In this document: positions 1 to 11,300 of the stretch, in pieces | Numbering within the stretch: the first letter of the stretch is position 1 | Layout: each line of letters begins with the position of its first letter | Assembly: GCF_963853765.1 (NCBI RefSeq) | Contig: NC_088857.1 | Coordinates: forward strand, 42,036,001 to 42,100,000 | Length of the DNA: 64,000 nt | Direction: 5' to 3' | Source of the DNA: Magallana gigas | Lineage: Eukaryota | Program-made: the position numbers and the translations under genes | Notes under the pieces: model-generated | Told to the model about the DNA's origin: nothing | Database searches by the model: none | Seen by the model: the letters and a program-made list of their open reading frames with translations, nothing else

Positions 1-99
1 GACATGAACATTGATAGCATTTTTGAGATTGCTGATCTGAATGCACCATCTTCTACTCACAACATCGGTCATGTGGAAATGTACATTAGTCCACTATGA
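1..99 (+). CDS. Possible 3'-terminal coding fragment of a gene entering from the left
   Basis: Frame 1 is open from base 1 to TGA at 97-99 (DMNIDSIFEIADLNAPSSTHNIGHVEMYISPL*). It is followed by AT-rich UTR-like DNA with AATAAA near 559. No family recognised. Confidence 0.3.
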   Translation, partial: DMNIDSIFEIADLNAPSSTHNIGHVEMYISPL

Positions 100-1112
100 A
101 GCTGTCAAACAGACTCCATGTGCAGTGTTTACTATAGCACATTTCCTACACAGAGTGTTTAAATTTAAATCATTCATTGAATATATGCATTTATTGTGGT
201 GTCTTCTGTGACAGAGAAAAACAATAAGTGGCTAGGGCTTGATGATTGTAATTGTCTAAAGAATATTGTTGTGACGTGCATGGTAATTCAAGTTTTAGAT
301 GTGTTCCATTATATGCAAATCTAAAACAGTAATTAGAAGATCCAAGATTTATGAAATAAGAAACAAAAGTTTAATTTAAAGGAAAAAAATTCAAAATGAT
401 ACAGAAATCAGGCATTTGATTATAGAAGGACTTCTGTAATATGCAGTTCACGTAGGAATGTACTGGTGTATCGGTTGAATCATTTACAGCACATTTCTTT
501 TTTTCACATAGCATATGTACATGTACTGATTTTGTACACACTATTTATTCATATTCAGAATAAAGTTTTTAATATCAAAATTCTTTCTTTTCATATTATG
601 TTTTTTACTTCATTTGGAAGATGAATTTCCATCAACAAAAGAAATATAGTACTGGTAGACATTATTTTCCTCATAATAGTGAAAAATTAAGAAATATCAC
701 TGAAATTGTTGGGTTAACAAATAATTGGCAAGTAAAGTAATTTGCTGTGGACAACTTTGTTCCAGAAATGAATCATATAAAAGACAACAATGTTAAGTTC
801 ATTGCTTCTTAATCATTTATTATTACACGTATAATTCAAAATGACATATATCACAGACCAAGTTTTCTGAGAGAGTTGTGTTTAAAATTCATAACATCAA
901 ATGACGTTGAGTTTAAATAGCTATTTTACAAACCCTTGTCAAATGATATTCTGATATAAAAGTGCTGCAACATAAGTTCAATCTTATGGTTTACGTTTGC
1001 AAGATTTCTGAATCTCCAGTGACCTCCCTTTATCCTGTTTCATTTTGGGAGCCCCAAGCTTATAGCCATTGCATCTATAGGGTAGTTTTTTGTTGTATCT
1101 TCAAATATATGA

Positions 1113-4100
1113 TTATGGCGGCTTTCTACTGTCCGGCGAGTTTCCTTCTGTGGTGACAGATTTCTGTTGATTTTCTGACATATTGAAATACATGTTCCTG
1201 AAGGATGAGTTCAAGTAATGATCTACATGTGTCTGACTGGCCAGTGACTCGTCTTCCTGAAACAAAACATCCAACATCAATTTAATTATCAGTATGAGTG
1301 AACTTCATGTTGATTAGGAGATGAGCTCGGATTTTCGTTACATCAAAAAATTCATAGCCATTTCTTATCTAGTCAATAAAGACATATTTCTAGTCATAAT
1401 AATTTTTTAAACGCAATAATATTATTTGTTAACTCTTATACATTGAGGAGATATTTTTTGTAGATTATTCTTTTATACATAAAAATACAAAATCTTAAAG
1501 TGTTTTTTTTTATGGCATGGAAATCATTGACATTATCTCATGAGTTCAAACCCAAGTGGGGCTTTTATAATTTTTACCTTTCCAACAAATTTTAAAACAA
1601 ATTTTTAGGTCAAATATTGTAAAATATGAAAATTCTACACCAGTGAAAGTATCTTGATAAAAAAGCACTTTTATCCACATGACATATAATGTTGACAGGT
1701 GTCCCATACTACCTTAATAAAGTTCAAAGAACAGACAACATCTTTTATGATAACACTTTGGAGCATATGAAGTGATGAAAAACCATAAACAAATAGACCA
1801 CCAAATACAAGTAAAAGCATATTTCAGTACTGACCCTGTATGGCTGAATCTTCTCCATGGTGATCAGACGACGAGATATTCGGAGGTTCATTGTTTGTTC
1901 ACAGTTCGACACCAGCCTCATACTCGGGTGATGCGGAATGTTTTCCTCCTTGTAACTATTTGATTATGTGAATGAAAAAATGGCTAGTAAAGCATTATCA
2001 AACTCAATAGTAGAAAAGTTGGTAAAAAAAAAAACCCAGCAGTATAAAAAGTATTTATTCAAGAGCTTAAAGGGGCATGGTCACGATTTTGGTCAAATTC
2101 TATTTTTGTATTTTTTACAATGTTTTAGAAATGCATCTAATGATCAAATAAAATTTGAGAGTCTTTCCTGGAGTTATAAGCAAGATACATGGCTCACAAT
2201 TCTTTGTCATGTAAACAAGGCTCGTACCCTGTTTTTGTTTACATAGGTTCAATATACCAGTAAAAAATCTTTTTCCAGCTTATTTGTGTATCTTTTAATT
2301 TAATTTAAGAATAGATAAACAGTTCCAAACATTTAACACATTCGTTTTAGGTTTAAAACTGAAATTTTTACTTCAACTTTCAAAATGTAAACAAACGCTA
2401 TGTTTACATAGCAAAGAACTTCAAGCTCTGTAACTTGCTTATAACTCAAGAAATGACACTCAAATTTCGGTTGCCTATTAAAAATGCCTTTCTGGAGCAT
2501 TGTAAATACTAATATCGGAAAAATAATTTTTGAACAAAATCGTGACCATACCCCTTTAAAACTAACTGAGATATTGCAACCATTAAAAAAGAGACACAAT
2601 CTATTGCACACTGTTTCAAAACTTACTTAGCTCTATGTACCGGGAACCAGTAAGTCAGTCGTCCACCAGTCCGCAAGAATTTGTATGCAAAGTTTAGAAG
2701 GTCGGTGAAAATATTGGACAAATCATATTCTACCTTCTGTGGGATGTGATCTACTCGTCTGAAAAAAAAAACCAATTTAATAATTTAATTTTCATTAACA
2801 ATGTCTTATTATGAAAAAAAAATAAATTGACAACAGGCACTGCCTACATAACTTGCATGCAGCAGCCAAAATGAAGCTAAATGTATGCAAATGAGTATGC
2901 CTACATCAAACAAGCATGACTACTAGTATTGCTTACTGATCTGGGGTTAGTGTGACAGCCTCTTCTTTCCCAACTTTCTTGGCCCCTTCCCTGATACCAT
3001 AAGGTGCTGAAATTGATCCAACGCTTTAGATGTACATCTATGTCCTACCACATTATACTTAGTATCTAAATGACGATTTGCTTTTTAAATTTATTATTTT
3101 TTCTACTAGCACTGGTATCTAATGCTAAATTAGTTTAGCAACCAAGTCCAATTTGATAATCCTTAACAAATGTGATATTACAGGAACGGTTTGCATTGAG
3201 AAATATTTGTCTTGACAAAAAATCTTCCCGCAGACAGTATTAAAATAAAATTAGGTTTACAGTAAGCATTGATATCAAAATTATGTTTGTAATGAACATA
3301 CGATCTGTGATGATGGCATCAAATATCTCGGTTGTTCTCCACATGGTGTGTCGCGAGGCATCGGCCACCATAATGTCGCCGTAGTATGCCTCCAATCCGT
3401 AGCCTGCTAGGTTGTTCCTGATGCTCTCGTCGGGGGACCTCGTCTTCTGTTTATGTCTGCTGGGCTTAGCTACAACAGTTACAACCTCTTACTATTTTAT
3501 AAAAACATTGTGTATACAGCCTATCTATCATGTAACAATAGGAATCAGACAATTTAGGGTCTAATACCAAAATACATGCATGTGAGATATACTGATAATC
3601 AATTCATGGCAAAAATTGTACATGTAATATAAAAATTGTATATACAGTGCATCTGTCTTCTAATAACAGGAATTGGAAAATTCAGAGTATGTAAATCTAT
3701 ATTAATGCATGGATAGGAAATACATTTTCAATTTATAATTTTAAAATATTGTTAACTTGTAAACATATGATAAAATGTAAGTTGATAAAGACATGCACAA
3801 GATTTTCTGGCCATCGATCTAGACATTCATTAGGTTTTCCATAAAAGGATGATGCACTTTTCTGTTGGAACCAATACCTACTGAGTAATAATTATCAAGT
3901 GATATGTAAACAAACCTTTTGCATGTAGAAGCAAGTAATTGATATCTGTTCCCATGACATATGCTTGGTGATACGCACAAGGCACAAGAATGCTTCCTAC
4001 AAAACAACATTCATATAATAATATCGATACGTGTATTACATACATGTATTTGTTTTAGTTGGTGTTCTATCTTTATATCTTTGATACTTAATCCTCAAAA

Positions 4101-7100
4101 TTTACTATTCCCAGTTATCATAGAAATAAAAAATTCACCTGTCCCAACAAATGGATCAATCACCAACATATTTTTCTGGACTTTTGATAAGTTGGCCATC
4201 AGGAGTGAAAGGCTTGCTTCCATACTGGTATTACCTGATATTTAAAATAAGAAAAAATCTTCAAAACTTGGCTAAAAAATTGTATGTTAGAATATCAGTT
4301 TGTAACAAATAAAAATATACATGTTCCATACCTATAAAGGATCTTTTATTGACCTCCTGATTTTGAATTTCATTTCTATTTCCATCTGCAACCTGTAAAA
4401 ATAAGGATGTACCGTTAACTGAAACAAAAATGTTGGAGAAAAAACATTGAACAACCAGATTTTAATGTACCGTACATGTAATGCATAAAAAATAAATGTA
4501 TATGTACATCTTATTTTATTGCATGTTGGAATTCTTGCAAAAAAAGTAAATCTTTAAAAAATATTACTGTATGACGTTTTTATTAAATAGTAAAAAAAAA
4601 TTATGTTTGAATGCAATAAACAAGTAATAAAATATTACATGTACAGAATGTATCAAAAACACATTTGCATGCACAGGAATCATAAACTAATCAATGAAAG
4701 CTGCTTTTATAGAACACTTACCCACCTACCAAAGTACACGTGTTGTGGGACTGAATCAGCATTCTTGGACTGTTTCCCATAATCCTCTAGTAAATAGTAC
4801 AGTTGATCGGGATTTTTTAAATCGATTTTACCACTGAAAGGGAGAGCATCCTCTGTAAGTCTCTGAAAATGGATAGACTTCTTTCAATTAATACCTATCA
4901 TATTGTTGACACATTTAAACTTCTTACATAAAGGCCTTTCTCTAATGAATGATTCTTGACAGCTTTAATTTATATACTGGCATTTTAATAATTGTCAAAT
5001 TGTATTCAATCTGGGCCCAAATTGAAAAATACATTATCTTTATATCTATTCTCAGACTCACTAAAAAGTATGGTTCGCATTCATTTTGTACATTTACCGG
5101 TACAATAAAAGCCATATATGATGCCCATTTTTTCACCCATCATTGCTGTGTTACTAAATACCTGTAAAAATTACAGATTTAATTTGGTATTTAACATTAG
5201 GATTCTTGTCAGCTCCAAAGATGTAAACAGTGTCATGCACAAGAAATACACTACAGTTATACATAAATAAAAAGTATGCAAACCTCAATCCTCTGGACTT
5301 TGTATTTTTGAGGGAGTGACTTATTGAAACCATCAACAACAATTTTAAATGAAGCAGTGTCCATTAGATGTGACATCTGAAAGATAAAGAGCAGTCCGTA
5401 TTCACTTAAAAGAATTGGCCAATATTTTAAAAGGCTGAAAACTTCTTTTTTATATATATATATATTTTCAAAATTATTGTTCTGACTTTGAATCACGGAA
5501 TATGAATAGATTACCACTGAATCCTTAGATTTTCTGAGGTCTTCAAACAAATCCTCATGAGTAATCCCATGGCCCCACAATTCAATAATAGATCTAAAAG
5601 TAGATCAATAAATTAACACACAACTACAATGTATGTGGTATTTGTTAAAGACTATAAAATAAATTCAAAAACACAAATCTTTGTTAGATTTGCCACCCAA
5701 ACACTGAATTGAAAGATAAGTGCTTACTTAATCAGCACACTTCTACTGGCTAACTGCTTGGCATCTGCTTCTGAAGAAAGATGGACAACAAAAAATGGAC
5801 ACTGAAAAAGAAATAATGAACGTCATTGATTTAAAATAAATATATTATCAGTCTTTACACCATAAAAATGACATGACCACAGCATTTAATCCAGTGTACA
5901 ACAAATATGTTCATGTGCATCCACATTTTATTTAAACAATTGTACATACTTTCCCAGTTAAAACATAATCTGCATTCAAATTTCACACAAGATGAAATTG
6001 TGGCCATTTAGGGGTTTATCCTCTTTTTAAAGCAAATAAAACTTATAGCAAAACCCATTTCTGATGCATGAAGCTAGTGATGGGCAATTGGACCTAAATA
6101 CTGATCATTTATTGGAAATTATAAATAGTACCAGTAACGGACACCAAAGTGTACCATTGCATGTGATTGGGTAGACTAAGACAATGAAAAAATTGTGTAA
6201 GGTTCAGGACTTAAGACTAACAGAACAATAAGAACCACTTGGCTACATTATTTGACTTTAGATGCCATGGGTTGGCAAAGTGTATCAACTTTTTGTTCAT
6301 GGCTAATAAGAAATTTAATCAAACAACTAGCATAACAGACATTACCAAAAGTAATTTTTTAAAAATTAAAAATACCTCTTTATCAAGAAACTTCAAATCT
6401 GCCACTGGAAGGTCAATACCAAACATGTCAGCAAGTGCAACCAACTCCTGTGTGTTTAGAGAAAAATGAAATATTAGGATATTAAAACTTGCATATTATA
6501 AATCAATACTGTTACAGTAGATTCCTAATTAAACACAAGGAATTAAAATCTGTGTAAAATTGTGAGAAGCACATCTCCGAATTTCAAAATCTCCCTTTTA
6601 TTTTTTGGACATCTGTAAACTACATGAAACTATGATAAAAATTCTGCATTCGTGATTTTATGTTCTTGAGATATGATGGAAAACATTTGAATTGTGGAAT
6701 TAAGTACTCAGTCAAAATAAGGAATCTACAGTAACATTCTATAAATTATGAACATGATAAAAAAGTCTTTTTCAAGACACTTTCATGTACTTATATATTG
6801 TTTTTCTAAATGAGACTTACTGGTATATGCTAAACAATTTGATAATGGTACAGACCTAAGACTTATACTCTTCTTAAGTCCTATTAATGATCTACCAGGT
6901 AGGATTCTCAATCCACCCATTCCCAGACAATTGCTCATTGCAAAATTAGAAACTGTGATGGTCATTTATTGTTGCAGGGGAAACACCTACGCCTATATAA
7001 ATCACCTAATCTGACATCAAGAATGTTACCACAAGACCAAAAGATCCAGACCAGTTGCACTGGTTACCCGGTACTCACCGTTAGTAATCATCTCTATCCA

Positions 7101-8137
7101 TAACCTCATCACACTCCCTCACTCCTCCGATTTAACTACATAAGTGAATGGAGCCACTCTACTTCACATCTAATAATGGGTCGGATGAGACCCCAATTAG
7201 TAACATGGAAGGAAGAACAACTCGCAGACAGTGGTGACTGACTTAACCCAAGTGAATTTGTCAGATGACAGGAATGTTACCACCAGAGAAAAGATCTTGA
7301 CTAGTTGGAGAGGTTAATAATCATCCCTATGTACATATTGTACCTAATCCCCATTATACCCATACTCTGTCCCAAGATATCCTTGACTCACAGTTTGCTT
7401 AATTACTTGATATTTATAAATACCTTAGGGTTTAAACGATGTTCTTTCAAAAGTATGAAAAATTTCAAAGATTTCTCAGTTAAAAGGCCCCCATTAGCTT
7501 ATCAAGTTTATAAATAATTGGCAAAAAAACGTGATGTCAGGGATTTTGTATTGCAGTGAGCCCGGATGATAACGTTGAAAAATTGCGCAAGGTATTCTGA
7601 GAGACTTTCGTATAGGGAAAAGATGTAAACATTCCCCATTATGATTATAAATCTCCAAAAGAAATCCATTTTAGTTCCTCTGATTTTTTTACAGTGAAAA
7701 ATGACAATGTGTCAATGAAAATATCTTGGAATATTTCCCTTTTATCTATTTCAATTGCACTTCTTTCACAAATATAAAGGCCTATATATTTTCATTCAAA
7801 ATTGCCCAAATGTGCTGCATAAATATATTGAGGGAGAGCATAAACCCCATTTACAAGTTATATGCTTTCCTTCAACCATCAGCTCCAATTCTAGAATTGA
7901 TCATCTGACATAGCCCAAGAAGATTGGGAGACTGAACATACGTTGAGTCTGTTATGTGTTTATCATGGAGGTTTGTAATCATGGACTGGGGAATTCAATA
8001 TTCAATACTAACAAGTTGAGATATGTCATACGTACAGCAACTCGGAAGTCTGTGTGATGATTTGCAAAATACAACAAGTATGTTTTTCCATATTTGCACT
8101 GTAGACTACTCGCGTTTGAGTTCATGGGGGCAGCCAT
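1113..8137 (-). CDS. TRMT11: tRNA (guanine(10)-N2)-methyltransferase TRMT11, 14 exons, 477 aa
   Basis: Exons: 8036-8137, 6376-6447, 5728-5801, 5515-5593, 5284-5376, 4722-4862, 4332-4392, 4139-4234, 3916-3996, 3302-3469, 2937-3006, 2627-2758, 1835-1955, 1113-1256. All GT-AG and phase-consistent (1434 nt). Motifs: YLLYFANHHTDFR, ELWGHG, YFGRW, GNTSM, SAM-binding DPFVGTG, catalytic DAIITDPPYGIRE, GGRLTYWFP, SRRLITMEK. Confidence 0.96.
1500..1717. mobile_element. Partial Kolobok-like non-autonomous element (right end only)
   Basis: Ends CAGGTGTCCCATACTACC|TTAA (1714-1717). Interior is homologous to the element at 38666-39168. Left TIR not found. Confidence 0.55.
2071..2555. mobile_element. Kolobok-like MITE, 485 bp, in a TRMT11 intron
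   Basis: 20-bp TIRs with 1 mismatch: AGGGGCATGGTCACGATTTT / AAAATCGTGACCATACCCCT. Flanked by TTAA at 2067-2070 and 2556-2559. TTAA TSD with purine termini fits Kolobok; piggyBac starts CCC. Confidence 0.8.
6830..7330 (+). mobile_element. Degenerate LINE (CR1/L2-like) reverse-transcriptase remnant in TRMT11 intron 1
   Basis: The + frame reads GTDLRLILFLSPINDLP, resembling the RT motif GTVLGPLLFLxYINDLP, and then decays. An imperfect ~45-bp direct repeat lies at ~7010 and ~7262. Confidence 0.4.
7363..7840. mobile_element. Diverged copy of the ~475-bp TACTCTGTCCCAAG MITE family
   Basis: Starts TACTCTGTCCCAAG. Shares internal blocks (GCCCGGATGATAACGTTGAAAAATTG, AAAAGATGTAAACATT, AATGAAAATATCTTGG) with 10466-10938 and 42139-42612. 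Confidence 0.65.
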
Positions 8138-8335
8138 TTTTAATCTGGTTCTCTTTAATCTGAAAACAAAATTAAACGACAAAAAATAAATAAAATTCAA
8201 CACTTTCATCAGTACCATTTCATTACCAAACAAACAAATAGAAATTATTAAATTTGCAAGAATGAAGAGATATATGAATTAATAAAAACAAAAGAAGCAA
8301 TTCACGAAGACATTTGTTTAGAGATTACTTTCACA
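8138..8335. promoter_or_regulatory. Putative bidirectional promoter / shared 5' region of TRMT11 and PSMF1
   Basis: Divergent ATGs at 8137 (-) and 8336 (+), separated by 198 bp. TSSs cannot be seen. Confidence 0.7.
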
Positions 8336-11300
8336 ATGGCCTCCCCTGGCTTAGAACTTCTGTTTAACAGCATTAAGAGTCAAATCAAGACAAGTCAGGA
8401 TGCTTTGATAGCTGTTCTTCATTGGGAGCTAATATCAAAGGGATTTAAATGTCTAGGAAATGGAGAGGAGGTAAAATCTGTTGTGTCAGTTTTCATAATT
8501 CATACTGCGTTGTCAATGTCTATTTTCACTTTGGATGTTTGGAAAAACAAAAAATGAAAAGCTATTGATAATTCTATTTACTTGATTAAATAAGTATCAT
8601 TCTCTAACAACGTTTCCATTTGTTTGATTGAGATAACCAAGGTTTCTAATGTTGATTACCATATCACTCAGGGCTGTTCAATTTTTGGGAGTTGATTTTA
8701 ATCAACTCTCCTATGCAGTTACTCTGGCAAACCAAAAGTGAAACAGTGTTTGGACCCAAGCACAAATCATCACCGCTGACAAGACTAAGTTCTTGAAAAT
8801 AATAGAAAAAAATTCAATTTAATGTATACTGAAGCATTAATTGTTTTTCAAGGAAATTTATATACAGTCGTTTGACCAGTTCCGAATAGGGTCAGATTTG
8901 GAGGTGCTGTAAATGTTACTGCATTTAATTTTTTTAAAATAAAATTTCATTCTAACAAATTACGTGGGAAGCCATTTTACCAGTTGTGAATAAGCCGATG
9001 GGTTCCGAATAACATAACTGTTCCTATACATATGGAATGCAGATAAAAAAGTTTCGGCCCTAAAACTATTGATTGAACCTGTTGAATAACAGGTTTAATG
9101 CAAACAAATCAGTTATTGGTATTTTCTTAACAAGACAGTTTGATTTGCACGGAAATTTCAGACAAAATCACCGTAACAATAATTTAGCCTGGTTTCTAAC
9201 ATCTTGTCGGAATACAGTCACAGCCCCTCCACTTATCATTATTGTGGTACAATATGATTTATCTAAGACGGAGAAAGACATTTAATGAATTCCAGAAGTA
9301 TTTGTTTTAATCAATCCCTTCATTAAATAGGGAAACAAATTGGGTATTCGGAACTCGTAAAATGACGGCTCAATAAAATTCTGCTTCTAACTTGCGTTTT
9401 TATTTTATTTTTTATCCTGTTTGCTTTTGGGTATGTTAGAATACATACTAAACCTACATTTAAAAAAAGAAATCTTGTTACAAGTGAAAATTTAAGGCAC
9501 CGACAGACGATTTTACGTGCATATTAGCGTTGCAATGACCTGGATTTATTAAAAAGCGAAAGTAGGTCGAATAATCTAAGACCGATATCAAATACATGTA
9601 TGACCGCAAAAAATGAAACTACAGCAGAATTCAAACAAGCATTGATAGGTGTTTATATCAAAGGTATTGACTTTTTCCTCCATGTTTTATTTCATTAATT
9701 TTTTGCTATTTAACTTCTGAACTATTCGGAACTGGTCAAAATTCGGAACTGGTCAAAAGACTGTACAAACATTTTGAAAATAGTCAAATTTTATATACTA
9801 CGAACAATTTAGATATTTTTGTAGTCTCATGTATTCCTAAGCCAGAGTTCAACCAGACATTCGGCTGTCTCCGTAAATCTGCGACAAGCAGAGAGGGGGC
9901 TCTCTTGCTTGTCGGATATTAATGGAGACAGCCGAGCATCTAGTTAAACGAGACTAGAGTTCGATATCAATAGCTAGCGCTTTGATCCATACAATTTTTA
10001 GAATTGTTTCGATAACTAATACATACACGTACTAGTAGTTGAAATCTGTCTTTAGATATTACACAACATTATTCATATAGGGTTTCTCGAAATTCTTGTT
10101 GGAAAAGTCTAAAAATTCATATTATAAAAAAGTGCATAATTCAAATACAAACTAGAAACTAATTGCCATGCAAGATAAATTGATTTAAAATAAATGATAA
10201 TCGTTAAAATCGACTCCCGTCAGTAATCAGTACTTTGATTTGAAATAAGAATACTGACGCCAGTAGAGTTTTGCAAATCAATCACAAAACCCAACTATAC
10301 AGTACAGCTGAGGGTAGTGACCAAAATCAATCAATGACATTTAGAATAGATGTGGAAAAGAACATTGTTGTAATAGAAAAATTTTTTCAAATAGTTCCTT
10401 CTTTATATAACTATATGATATATACTGAAGGTAGCGTTTGCCATATCCTCACAAACTCTTCTCTATACTCTGTCCCAAGTTTTTGCTTCCACCATTTTTT
10501 GCTTGATATTTCAATAATCATAAATATACCTTTGTGCTCAAACTACATTCTTCCACTAATATCAAAAATGTCCAGATTATCTGTTTTGAAACGCCCCCTC
10601 TATCGCTTCTGGTTTCAATACACAGCCAAAAATAGAAAGTCTCGCATTGCATCAGCCATTAATAAGCCCAGATGATAACGTTGAAAAATTGCATGAGGTA
10701 GGCCTATATCGAGTACTTTCAAATGGAGAAAAGATGTTAACATTTCCCTTTATAAATCTCTGTAAGAAATTTGATTTCGTTCCTGTGAACTTTTATGAGT
10801 GAAAAATGATAATTGTTCAATGAAGATATCTTGGATATATTCCCTTTTATCGATTTCAACTGTATTTCTTTCACAGGTATGTGTATTTTTATTAAAAATC
10901 ATCAAAAAGTGATAGAAGCATTAACCTTGGAAAGACTATAGTCAGAAATTTTAGTATCTGAGGTTTTTCTGGCTTCTTTAATGATTAAATATTTTACCTA
11001 CCAGGAAAAGGTCAGAACTGGACTCACAGAAAATGGAAATTTGCCGCTTCCAACAGGAGGCGGCATGAGTCAGACAAATGTTTAACTGACCCAACTAATT
11101 AATAAAACAGCAATATATTAATACTGACTATCGGTCATATTGCTTTAATGGGTTCTTACATCATAAGCAGACTGTTGAACACATTTTATCAAACTGTCAA
11201 GATTTGTTTTGATTCTTGCATTTTTGAAATCTCGCAAGAATATAGGGTCTACTACAATTGATTATCAGTGTGATTATCAAAATTTGGAGTAGAAATTATT

